A stretch of 11,918 bases of DNA from Patescibacteria group bacterium (GCA_038078595.1 JBBTYR010000033.1:1-11918), one strand, 5' to 3'. Shown: positions 1 through 6,368, counted from the first letter of the stretch. Made by a program: numbers and translations. Notes: generated from the letters alone by a model not told the origin.

Positions 1-74
1 TTTCCTATCGGCGGAGAAACAGAAATGGTGCTTGATAAAGAAGTAATGCTAAAAATAGCTAAGCACTAGGTCTA

Positions 75-103
75 TTGCCAAAGTAAAAAAGTTGTGATAT
101 AAA
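75..103 (+). promoter_or_regulatory. sigma70-like promoter (TTGCCA-N17-TGaTATAAA) giving a leaderless transcript for the CxxC gene
   Basis: TTGCCA at 75-80, a 17-nt spacer, and an extended -10 TGaTATAAA at 95-103. The ATG at 112 lies about 8 nt past the -10 and has no SD, so the mRNA is probably leaderless. Confidence 0.5.
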
Positions 104-111
104 TAAGCTAT

Positions 112-642
112 ATGGATAAATTTCAAAAAGGCGGTTTTCGACAGGGAGGCGGCAATTCTGGTGGAAACCCAAGATTTGGTAATAAGTTTGGAGGTGGGTG
201 GGACAGAGGCAACAGGCCCGGAGGGCGTATGGAGCTTTTTCCAGCCGTGTGCTCTGAGTGCAGAAAGAATTGTGAAGTTCCTTTCCGTCCTACAGGAGAT
301 AAGCCGGTTTACTGTCGAGACTGTTTTGGTAAACAACCGCATGTGCCGGGAAGGAATTCTAACGGAAGTGATCGTCCGAGAGAAGATTTTCGAAGAGATG
401 TTCAACCACAGCGCGAATATCAGCCCGAACCAGCGAGAGTGCCAAGTGGGGGTGCCATTGATGCGCTTAGGCGACAGATTGCGTCGCTTGAAGTAAAAGT
501 TAATCGTGTTCTTGAGCTTTTGAGTCAAAAGGCGGCGGCTTCAGATTTGAGGGCCACTATTATAGAAGAAGCTCCCAAAGTAACAAAAGAGACAAAGATA
601 AAAACCACTGCTCGTAAAGCCGGGAAGAAGACTAAGAAATAG
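112..642 (+). CDS. CxxC-x17-CxxC zinc-ribbon domain protein with a Gly/Arg-rich N-terminus and a Lys-rich C-terminus
   Basis: 176 aa. The motif CSEC-(RKNCEVPFRPTGDKPVY = 17 aa)-CRDC matches the CxxC-x17-CxxC domain family. The N-terminus is RGG/FGG-rich (GGFRQGGGNSGGNPRFGNKFGGGWDRGNRPGG), the C-terminal half is predicted coiled and the tail is K-rich. A 15-bp perfect inverted repeat follows. Confidence 0.75.
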   Translation: MDKFQKGGFRQGGGNSGGNPRFGNKFGGGWDRGNRPGGRMELFPAVCSECRKNCEVPFRPTGDKPVYCRDCFGKQPHVPGRNSNGSDRPREDFRRDVQPQREYQPEPARVPSGGAIDALRRQIASLEVKVNRVLELLSQKAAASDLRATIIEEAPKVTKETKIKTTARKAGKKTKK

Positions 643-662
643 TCTCTTTTTGTAGAATCATA

Positions 663-695
663 GAAGTCCTGGAACACGTTGTGTTCCAGGACTTC
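663..695 (+). terminator. 15-bp perfect inverted repeat (gaagtcctggaacac-gtt-gtgttccaggacttc), a likely terminator or protein-binding palindrome
   Basis: Perfect 15-bp arms with a 3-nt loop lie 21 nt after the CxxC gene stop. The downstream sequence is only moderately T-rich (ttaggttgttgttgg). Confidence 0.5.
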
Positions 696-801
696 TTAGG
701 TTGTTGTTGGATGCAAAGAAAGAAAACGATGACGGCCGTTATCGATCAATACAAGCCAGACGTTCAGGTTACATCATAAAAGTTAATTAACGTCAAGATT
801 A

Positions 802-830
802 TTGACATTATTCAACATTTCTATTATCCT
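802..830 (+). promoter_or_regulatory. candidate promoter for the downstream operon (TTGACA-N17-TATCCT)
   Basis: A perfect -35 TTGACA at 802-807 is followed by a weak -10 TATCCT at 825-830. It sits about 90 nt upstream of the RBS at 901-914. Confidence 0.35.
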
Positions 831-921
831 GTAGCCGGTTCTTTGTCATATGTTTTTATAAAATAACGGTTAGTACTACTGATTTAACTGGACAAACAGC
901 AAGGAGAAAGGAGGCTCGAAT

Positions 922-1173
922 GTGGTAGGCGCTCTATCGATCGTGGCCAAGGTTCTGAAGGTTGTTCCCGAGCGTAACTATGCGGTGACTCTTCCCAACC
1001 AAGAGGTTCTGGGCGTCGAGGGATCAATAACTTTCTCTCTTACCAAAGAAGTTTGGGAAGGAGAAGGTGTTCCTCGCGAAGGTCAGCTAGTGGTCTTGGA
1101 GGACATCGCACAAACGGGTAGGGGATGGCGAGCTTACAAAGCTCGCGCAGTACGACCAGAAGATCAAACCTAA
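922..1173 (+). CDS. small hypothetical protein (83 aa), first gene of the flotillin operon
   Basis: GTG start lies 7 nt after a strong SD (aaggagaaaggagg, 901-914). The ORF ends 18 nt before the next gene. No recognisable motif was found. Confidence 0.5.
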   Translation: MVGALSIVAKVLKVVPERNYAVTLPNQEVLGVEGSITFSLTKEVWEGEGVPREGQLVVLEDIAQTGRGWRAYKARAVRPEDQT

Positions 1174-1191
1174 GAGAAAGGAGCAAGGAGA

Positions 1192-1794
1192 ATGAAGACG
1201 GTAGTTATCGCCGTCCTTGCGTTGGCGCTCGTTGTCGCTGTTCTCTGGGGGTCTTGGGCCTATGAGGAATCCAAGAAGCCCGTGCAGACAGTGGTTCTCA
1301 AGAGCCCGACCAACGACCTTTTTGTGGTAACTGTAAAACACAAGGAGGGGGACGACATTTTAATCCAGTGTGATGAGGATGACTTCCAGGAAGCTTTCGA
1401 GAAGTTTCGAAATTTCTTGGGGGTGGAGGTGGAACCGATTGAGGTTCCTGGTGGAGCGATGTTTTTTGCTATGCCACCTACCGAAGTGCCGGAAAAATTA
1501 GAACCGGCCAAGCGGGCGGTCATCGAAGTCTTGAAACGGCATTCGCCGCGAAGAGTCATCTTGATCGCTCATCCCGACTGTCTTCTCTACGACGTGGTTG
1601 GGGCTTGGGAGAATCAGGCCGAAGAAGTTGAAAACCGTCAGAAGGCTGACCTCGAACGTGCTAGGGACGTGATTCGGACTTGGTTTCCAAAAACCAGGTC
1701 CATCGAGATCTACTACGCCGGAAAGCGTGGTGACACGCTCGCCTTCAACCCCCTGCCGGACTTAACCATAACGCAGGAGGTGACTCATGATTGA
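1192..1794 (+). CDS. membrane-anchored beta-carbonic-anhydrase-like paralog (divergent, probably non-catalytic)
   Basis: 200 aa with an N-terminal hydrophobic anchor or signal (MKTVVIAVLALALVVAVLWGSWA). It shares LIQCDEDDF...VPGGA...RVILIAHPDCLLY...IEIYYAGKRGDTL with the 4175-4888 product (VVSCSDHRF...WPSGV...LILVAHEDCGAY...VRGFYADVIQGNEG). The Cys..His-x2-Cys spacing is 67 versus 69 residues. The Cys-x-Asp-x-Arg motif of β-CAs is degenerate here (CDEDD). It is preceded by the 15-mer AGAGAAAGGAGCAAG. Its stop overlaps the next start (ATGATTGA). Confidence 0.55.
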   Translation: MKTVVIAVLALALVVAVLWGSWAYEESKKPVQTVVLKSPTNDLFVVTVKHKEGDDILIQCDEDDFQEAFEKFRNFLGVEVEPIEVPGGAMFFAMPPTEVPEKLEPAKRAVIEVLKRHSPRRVILIAHPDCLLYDVVGAWENQAEEVENRQKADLERARDVIRTWFPKTRSIEIYYAGKRGDTLAFNPLPDLTITQEVTHD

Positions 1795-2398
1795 CTGGGC
1801 TGGTAATTTGCTCTCACAGGGAATGTCATTACTCGTGTTTGCCGCCTTAGCGATATTGGGAGCGGTTGTCTCAATCGTTTCCATGATCTTTGGAGGCGAC
1901 CACGACACTGACCACGACTTCGATCATGATGTTGGTCATGGCGGAGACGGTCATCATGGCGATCACGGAGATCACGATAGCGGCATGGGTTTAGGTGGCT
2001 GGCTTCTTTATCCCGTCATGTCCGTTCGAGGGATGTCGCTTCTAGCGACGGGATTTGGAGCCTTGGGTTTCATTACCTATTACATGACCCAGAAACTCCT
2101 TTTCTCATGTGGTGTAGGTACTCTCTCGGGTTGGATTTTTGCCCTTATCGGCTTCGTGCTGATCCGGGCGTTCAAGAAGCAACAATCGAACTCATTGGTT
2201 TTCAACGAGACCTTGATTGGCAGGGAAGCAATGGTTACCACCTCTATTCCGGGAAACGGGATGGGCGAGGTGACGTTTGTGATTCCTGGCCAAGGTCAGT
2301 TCACTCGTACGGCTACTTCAAACAAAGTAATTCGAAGCGGCCGGCCGGTGAAGATTATCCGAACCTTCGGCTCCAACGTGGAAGTCGAGGAACTCTAA
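1787..2398 (+). CDS. nfeD: NfeD-like membrane protein (short NfeD/YuaF family, C-terminal OB-fold) with a His/Asp-rich insert
   Basis: 203 aa with TM segments and a C-terminal beta-barrel-like region (GREAMVTTSIPGNGMGEVTFVIPGQGQFTRTATSNKVIRSGRPVKIIRTFGSNVEV) typical of NfeD partners of SPFH proteins. It sits immediately upstream of the flotillin gene. SD AGGAGGTG precedes the ATG. The insert reads GGDHDTDHDFDHDVGHGGDGHHGDHGDHDSG. Confidence 0.75.
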   Translation: MIDWAGNLLSQGMSLLVFAALAILGAVVSIVSMIFGGDHDTDHDFDHDVGHGGDGHHGDHGDHDSGMGLGGWLLYPVMSVRGMSLLATGFGALGFITYYMTQKLLFSCGVGTLSGWIFALIGFVLIRAFKKQQSNSLVFNETLIGREAMVTTSIPGNGMGEVTFVIPGQGQFTRTATSNKVIRSGRPVKIIRTFGSNVEVEEL

Positions 2399-2439
2399 CT
2401 CGAGGTGGCCCCCAGAAAGGCCAGAGAAAGGAGCAAGTA

Positions 2440-4101
2440 GTGTCAACTATATTAGGGGGATTATTCATCCCCGTCATGATCATCGCTGTCGGTATTGCGT
2501 TTTTGTCCGTGGCCATGATGGTTGCGCGGAACTACAAGAAATGTCCGCCCAACCAAGCCATGATTCTAACTGGTCGCAAGCGTAAGGTCTCGGACGGTCA
2601 GAGTGGAACTGTTGAACAAGGTTTCCGAACAGTCGTTGGTGGCGCGGCGCTCAGAATGCCGCTCCTTGAACGCATCGATTACATGTCCCTTTCTGTTTTT
2701 CAGTCGGAGTTCAGCGTACAGAAAACTCCGAACGTCGATGGTGTGGCTGTGAACGTTGATGCGGTAGCAAACCTCCGCATTTCCTCTCAGCCCAACATCT
2801 TGGCGATCGCTGTCAGTCAACTCTTGGGTAAGACACCCGAAGAGATCGAGATAATTTGCAAGAACACCCTCGAAGCGCAACTGCGGCAAATCGTCGGCAC
2901 TCTGACCATCGAAGATATGGTCAGAGACCGCGAGAAGATCAGTCAGCAAGTGGTCAACGTCGCGAAGCCCGAGTTGGAAAAGACTGGTATTGAGCTGGTC
3001 AACTTCAACATCAAGGGCATCAGCGATGCGCTGGGTTACATTGAGGCTCTTGGCAAGACCAAGACCGCGCAGGTCAAACGCGACGCCGAGATTGGCGAAG
3101 CCGAGGCTCAGCGTGAGTCGACAATCAAGGCTTCAACGGCCCGTCGCGAAGGAGAGGAGAAAAAGCTCGAAAACGACCAGGCTATTGAGCAGGCCAAGCG
3201 CGACCTCGAAGTGAAGAAGGCGGATTTGAAAGTCGAAGTCGACACCGCCCAAGCTAAGGCCGAACTGGCCGGAGCGCTTGCCAAGGCCGATCTACAGAAA
3301 GACCTCAAGGCCCGTGAAGCTTCCGTCGACGCCGCGAATGCTCGCGCTCGAATCGAGGTAGCTGAAGAAGAAGCCAAGTGGGCCGAGAAGAAGCTGGTTA
3401 CCGAAAAGATCAGGCCAGCTGAAGCCGAGAAGCAAGCCTCTATCATCAAAGCCGAAGGCGAACAGCAAGCTTCAGTTATCAAGGCCGAAGGCGATAAGCA
3501 AGCCGCGGTCATCAAGGCCGAAGCTACGAAGGCGACAGCCGAAGCTGAAAAGTCCAGGCTACAGTTCGTGGGCGAAGGCGAAGCGCTTGCCGAAGCCGCT
3601 TTGAAGCGTGAGCTTGGTCTTGCCGAAGCCGAAGTTGTTCAGAAGAAGGGCGAAGCCGAAGGCGCGGCCATTCAGGCCAAGCTCTTGGCTGAAGCCATGG
3701 GTTTGCTGAAGAAACAGGAAGCTTTGGCTCAGATGACCCCTGCGGCCCGCACGGTCATCATTCTCGAGATGTTGCCGCAGATCATCGAACACGCTGGAGA
3801 CGCTGGCGAAAAGATTTTCGCCGCGATGTTCGAGCAGGTGGGAGCCGGCTTGGCTCGCATCGATTCGGTCCACATGGTTGATCTGGGTGGAGGAAATGGC
3901 AACGGAAATGGTCCCGTGGCGAACTTTGCCATGAACATTCCAAAGATCGTTTTCGGTGCCCTGCAGCAACTCAAGGCGCTGGGCATTAATGTCGATGAGA
4001 TTTTCGGCAAACTAGGCATCAACATGGACGACTTGATCGGCGTTAACTCGCCCAAATCGACAATTCATGCTCCGATCGAAGTTGCCGAACCCGTCAGTTA
4101 A
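2440..4101 (+). CDS. floT: flotillin-like SPFH/band-7 protein (FloT/YuaG type)
   Basis: 553 aa from GTG 2440, preceded by AGAGAAAGGAGCAAG. The ORF-track start at 2107 overlaps nfeD and lacks an RBS. It has an N-terminal TM anchor, an SPFH core aligning to B. subtilis FloT (…LTIEDMVRDREKISQQV…IELVNFNIKGISDALGYIEALGKTKTAQVKRDAEIG…), a long Ala/Glu/Lys coiled-coil with 11-aa repeats, and a GGGNGNGNG tract near the C-terminus. Confidence 0.9.
   Translation: MSTILGGLFIPVMIIAVGIAFLSVAMMVARNYKKCPPNQAMILTGRKRKVSDGQSGTVEQGFRTVVGGAALRMPLLERIDYMSLSVFQSEFSVQKTPNVDGVAVNVDAVANLRISSQPNILAIAVSQLLGKTPEEIEIICKNTLEAQLRQIVGTLTIEDMVRDREKISQQVVNVAKPELEKTGIELVNFNIKGISDALGYIEALGKTKTAQVKRDAEIGEAEAQRESTIKASTARREGEEKKLENDQAIEQAKRDLEVKKADLKVEVDTAQAKAELAGALAKADLQKDLKAREASVDAANARARIEVAEEEAKWAEKKLVTEKIRPAEAEKQASIIKAEGEQQASVIKAEGDKQAAVIKAEATKATAEAEKSRLQFVGEGEALAEAALKRELGLAEAEVVQKKGEAEGAAIQAKLLAEAMGLLKKQEALAQMTPAARTVIILEMLPQIIEHAGDAGEKIFAAMFEQVGAGLARIDSVHMVDLGGGNGNGNGPVANFAMNIPKIVFGALQQLKALGINVDEIFGKLGINMDDLIGVNSPKSTIHAPIEVAEPVS
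3421..3531 (+). repeat. three tandem ~33-bp coding repeats inside the flotillin gene
   Basis: The DNA repeats …caagc-tc-atcaa-gccgaaggcga-… encode QASIIKAEGEQ / QASVIKAEGDK / QAAVIKAEATK. Confidence 0.6.
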
Positions 4102-4122
4102 GCTTGTAACCGACTGAACGTG

Positions 4123-4148
4123 CCCAGGGGATCACAAAGTCTCCTGGG
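4123..4148 (+). promoter_or_regulatory. intercistronic hairpin between the flotillin and β-CA genes
   Basis: cccagggga-tcacaaag-tctcctggg forms a 9-bp stem including one G·U pair. The shared 15-mer leader follows. It may be a partial terminator or processing site that tunes distal expression. A similar GGCC hairpin sits at 2406-2423 before the flotillin leader. Confidence 0.3.
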
Positions 4149-4174
4149 CGCTAATTTTAGAGAAAGGAGCAAGG

Positions 4175-4888
4175 ATGAACCCAGACCCGAATTCATCGTT
4201 CCCGGGATCACGGCGAGCGAACCCAGTTCGAACCACACTTGTTCGGCCAACATTGAAGCCAGCGCTTCGACAGGAAGCTCACGGTTCAACCGACGAACAC
4301 GAAGATCCAAGTCATCCCACTTCGGTTCATAGTGAACACGAAACCAGTCACCCTGAACCGATTCATCCTATGTCGGGTGAAGATCTTGTGCAGCATGGCT
4401 ACACAAGCCCGATCCCTTGGGTGAACGCGAAGGCCGATTGTCTCGTAGTTTCCTGTAGCGACCACCGGTTCGAAGACCAAACGCGCGAATTTCTAATCCA
4501 CGGCTTGGGTTTCCAAAACCCGCACGTTTTGCAGTGGCCAAGTGGTGTCACTATCGCGAGCGGACTCGCGGTTCTGACCGGGTCTCTCCCAAAAGCCTTC
4601 GATCTCCTTTTCCAAAAGGCGTTGAAGGTCACTCATGCGACCAACTTGATACTCGTGGCGCACGAAGACTGTGGAGCTTACAAAGATGGTGATCTAGTCA
4701 ACAGGATTGCCCGTCGCTTCACTGGAAAATCAGTTCGAGAAATCCAAATCATGCACCTTCAGGATGCGGTTATAGCGCTTCGGCCGACGCTCCGAGGTGT
4801 CACGGTGAGAGGTTTCTACGCCGACGTGATTCAGGGAAACGAAGGCGAGCACGTCAACTTCAAAGAAATATCAGTAGTACATAGTTAA
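4175..4888 (+). CDS. beta-class carbonic anhydrase-like protein with an N-terminal His/Glu/Pro-rich disordered extension
   Basis: 237 aa. The C-terminal ~150 aa carry both β-CA signatures: VVSCSDHRF (Cys-x-Asp-x-Arg) and DLLFQKALKVTHATNLILVAHEDCGAY, a near match to the second PROSITE β-CA pattern ending G-H-x2-C-G. The C-terminus has a β-CA-like VRGFYADVIQGNEG. The N-terminal ~85 aa are low complexity (HGSTDEHEDPSHPTSVHSEHETSHPEPIHP). It is preceded by AGAGAAAGGAGCAAG. Confidence 0.55.
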   Translation: MNPDPNSSFPGSRRANPVRTTLVRPTLKPALRQEAHGSTDEHEDPSHPTSVHSEHETSHPEPIHPMSGEDLVQHGYTSPIPWVNAKADCLVVSCSDHRFEDQTREFLIHGLGFQNPHVLQWPSGVTIASGLAVLTGSLPKAFDLLFQKALKVTHATNLILVAHEDCGAYKDGDLVNRIARRFTGKSVREIQIMHLQDAVIALRPTLRGVTVRGFYADVIQGNEGEHVNFKEISVVHS

Positions 4889-4896
4889 AACATTCA

Positions 4897-4924
4897 AGCC
4901 CTCAAGAAATTGGGGGCTTTTTTT
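4897..4924 (+). terminator. rho-independent terminator of the flotillin operon
   Basis: agccctcaa-gaaa-ttgggggct forms a 9-bp stem with one mismatch and is followed by T7. It lies 9 nt after the stop at 4888. Confidence 0.75.
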
Positions 4925-4987
4925 CTCTCTTGCCCCAAAGCCTAAAATTAAATAGAATCCAATTGACAGATTTTTAGTTTATTAGAT

Positions 4988-5060
4988 GGGCCTATAGTTC
5001 AGTGGTAGAACGCCTCGTTTGCAACGAGGAGGCGGGAGTTCGATTCTCCCTTGGTCCACC
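4988..5060 (+). tRNA. tRNA-Ala(UGC): tRNA-Ala (anticodon UGC)
   Basis: The cloverleaf is acceptor GGGCCTA/TTGGTCC, D-arm GTTC-AGTGGTA-GAAC, anticodon arm CCTCG-TTTGCAA-CGAGG (anticodon TGC), and T-arm GGGAG-TTCGATT-CTCCC. The G3:U70 alanine identity pair is present. The discriminator is A and CC is encoded, followed by G. There is one U6·U67 mismatch in the acceptor stem. Confidence 0.85.
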
Positions 5061-5345
5061 GAAATTTCAAAGTACTCGCTTAAAGATTACTGGACCGAAG
5101 TGACGACCACTCATCACGCGTTCTTGTCTGATCCGGCTCATAACATCTTCTTTATGCCAGGCGGTGAGGGCGGCTACATTTTCTCCTACGAGGAGAACAA
5201 CTTAACCCTCAAAAAAGCGGTGAGCCAAATCCGTTCGCGCCGCGCCATCTACATGAATGATTATTTGTACGTGGTAGGCGATGATCGAGTGGTGGTTCTA
5301 AACGAAAAGAATTGGGAAACCGTAAAAGAGCTAAAGTTTGAGTAA
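5061..5345 (+). pseudogene. probable C-terminal gene fragment with no credible start or RBS
   Basis: The frame reads open from inside the tRNA. The protein-like sequence (…GYIFSYEENNLTLKKAVSQIRSRRAIYMNDYLYVVGDDRVVVLNEKNWETVKELKFE) has only an internal Met at 5155 and no SD. It resembles the tail end of a beta-rich protein. Confidence 0.3.
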
Positions 5346-5356
5346 GTTCCCGCTAG

Positions 5357-5385
5357 TTGACAAAAAGCAAGTTTTGATTTAGAAT
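5357..5385 (+). promoter_or_regulatory. consensus sigma70-type promoter (TTGACA-N17-TAGAAT) for ppk2
   Basis: TTGACA at 5357-5362, an exact 17-nt spacer, and TAGAAT at 5380-5385. It lies about 60 nt upstream of the ppk2 GTG start. Confidence 0.6.
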
Positions 5386-5394
5386 CTCAAACAG

Positions 5395-5424
5395 TTTCTT
5401 AACTCACAATTTCTTAACTCATAA
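5395..5424 (+). repeat. tandem 15-bp direct repeat in the ppk2 5' UTR (tttcttaactcacaa / tttcttaactcataa)
   Basis: Two adjacent copies differ at one position. They lie between the -10 and the SD (ggaggga, 5433-5439). This is a candidate operator or translational control element. Confidence 0.5.
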
Positions 5425-5445
5425 CTTTTCACGGAGGGAGTACGA

Positions 5446-6327
5446 GTGGCAAAAAAGAAGCAAAGAAAGATCAACGCGAAACCATTTTTGGCACCACCCG
5501 GAAAACGAGTGTCAATCAAGGATTACGATCCCGGCTCCACTGGTGGCCTCACTAAGTCCGCTGCGCTGAAGATCCTTGAAGTTAATTCGCGGAGAATTGC
5601 GGAACTCCAAGAAATTCTTTATGCGGACGGTACTCGTTCCATGTTGGCGATTTTTCAAGGCATGGACGCCGCTGGCAAAGACAGCACCATCCGCCGGGTC
5701 ATGGATTGCATAAATCCGATGGGGATCCAGGTCCACAGTTTCAAATCTCCCTCGGCAGAAGAATTGGCTCATGACTACATGTGGCGGTGCGTGAGGGGCC
5801 TCCCCGAGCGCGGCAAAATCGGTGTCCATAACCGCTCTTACTACGAAGAGACAGTCGTGGTTAGAGTTCATCCCGAGATTTTGAAAGCGCAGCATCTGCC
5901 CGACGATCTGAAAGACAAAGACATCTGGACTCGCCGTTTCCGGGAAATCGTCAATTTCGAAAGATATCTCACCGACAATGGCACTGTCGTTCTCAAGTTC
6001 CTCCTGAACGTTTCAAAGAAGAAGCAGGGGAGGCGCTTCCTCGAGAGAATCGACACCCCCGAAAAGCGTTGGAAGTTCTCGCTCGACGATATTGCCAAAC
6101 GAGCGCTCTGGAGTGAGTATATGCGTGCCTACGAAGAGGCAATCTCCGCGACGAGCACGAAAGCCGCTCCCTGGTACATCGTTCCCTCTGACAACAAGTG
6201 GTTTACCGCCGCTTTAATCTCAACCGTCATTGTCTCTGTGCTTGAGTCAATGAAACTCAAGTACCCGACTCTTAGCGTTGGCGGCGATAAACGTCTCGCT
6301 ACTGCGAAGAAGCAACTCAAGAAGTAA
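5446..6327 (+). CDS. ppk2: polyphosphate kinase 2 (PPK2 family polyphosphate:nucleotide phosphotransferase)
   Basis: 293 aa from a GTG start. It has the Walker A motif (FQGMDAAGKDSTI) and the PPK2 motifs (HDYMWRC, VHNRSYYEE, KFLLNVSKKKQGRRFLERIDTPEKRWKFS). Confidence 0.9.
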   Translation: MAKKKQRKINAKPFLAPPGKRVSIKDYDPGSTGGLTKSAALKILEVNSRRIAELQEILYADGTRSMLAIFQGMDAAGKDSTIRRVMDCINPMGIQVHSFKSPSAEELAHDYMWRCVRGLPERGKIGVHNRSYYEETVVVRVHPEILKAQHLPDDLKDKDIWTRRFREIVNFERYLTDNGTVVLKFLLNVSKKKQGRRFLERIDTPEKRWKFSLDDIAKRALWSEYMRAYEEAISATSTKAAPWYIVPSDNKWFTAALISTVIVSVLESMKLKYPTLSVGGDKRLATAKKQLKK

Positions 6328-6330
6328 ATA

Positions 6331-6368
6331 AAAAGCCGTTCAGGTACCTACCGGAACGGCTTTGTTTT
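6331..6368. terminator. bidirectional rho-independent terminator between convergent ppk2 and NUDIX genes
   Basis: agccgttc-(12-nt loop containing GGTACC)-gaacggct forms an 8-bp stem. It is flanked by an A-run upstream and ttgtttttt downstream. Confidence 0.7.

Noticed and set aside
49-528. 159-aa minus-strand ORF and 111-aa + ORF (161-496) overlapping the CxxC gene
   Set aside because: They lie antisense or out of frame to a well-supported gene with a recognisable domain and promoter. They have no RBS and give low-complexity translations. They are shadow ORFs.
920-928. Mini-ORF ATG-TGG-TAG overlapping the GTG start of the 83-aa gene
   Set aside because: It is a two-codon ORF sharing the SD with the GTG start at 922. 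It is most likely incidental and gives no evidence of an upstream-ORF regulatory role.
2107-2439. ORF-track start at 2107 for the flotillin gene (664 aa)
   Set aside because: The extension overlaps nfeD in another frame and has no RBS. GTG 2440 sits right after the conserved AGAGAAAGGAGCAAG leader, and its TM anchor starts at residue 5, as in FloT homologs.
2566-4055. Several minus-strand ORFs (2566-2949, 3108-3515, 3559-3969, 3729-4055) and the + ORF 2990-3214 inside the flotillin gene
   Set aside because: They are antisense or alternate-frame shadows of the GC-rich Ala/Glu/Lys repeat region. They show no independent signals.
4098-4632. Small ORFs 4098-4310(-), 4120-4332(+), 4286-4480(-), 4399-4632(-)
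   Set aside because: They overlap the β-CA-like gene or the intergenic hairpin and lack RBS and coding character.
4963-4968. TTGACA hexamer 20 nt upstream of tRNA-Ala as its promoter
   Set aside because: No acceptable -10 element sits at 16-18 nt spacing (TATTAG is only 11 nt away). The tRNA promoter is left unassigned.
5019-5060. ORF-track start of the 108-aa ORF inside the tRNA gene
   Set aside because: The Met codon lies within the tRNA-Ala anticodon arm. The open frame through the tRNA is coincidental.
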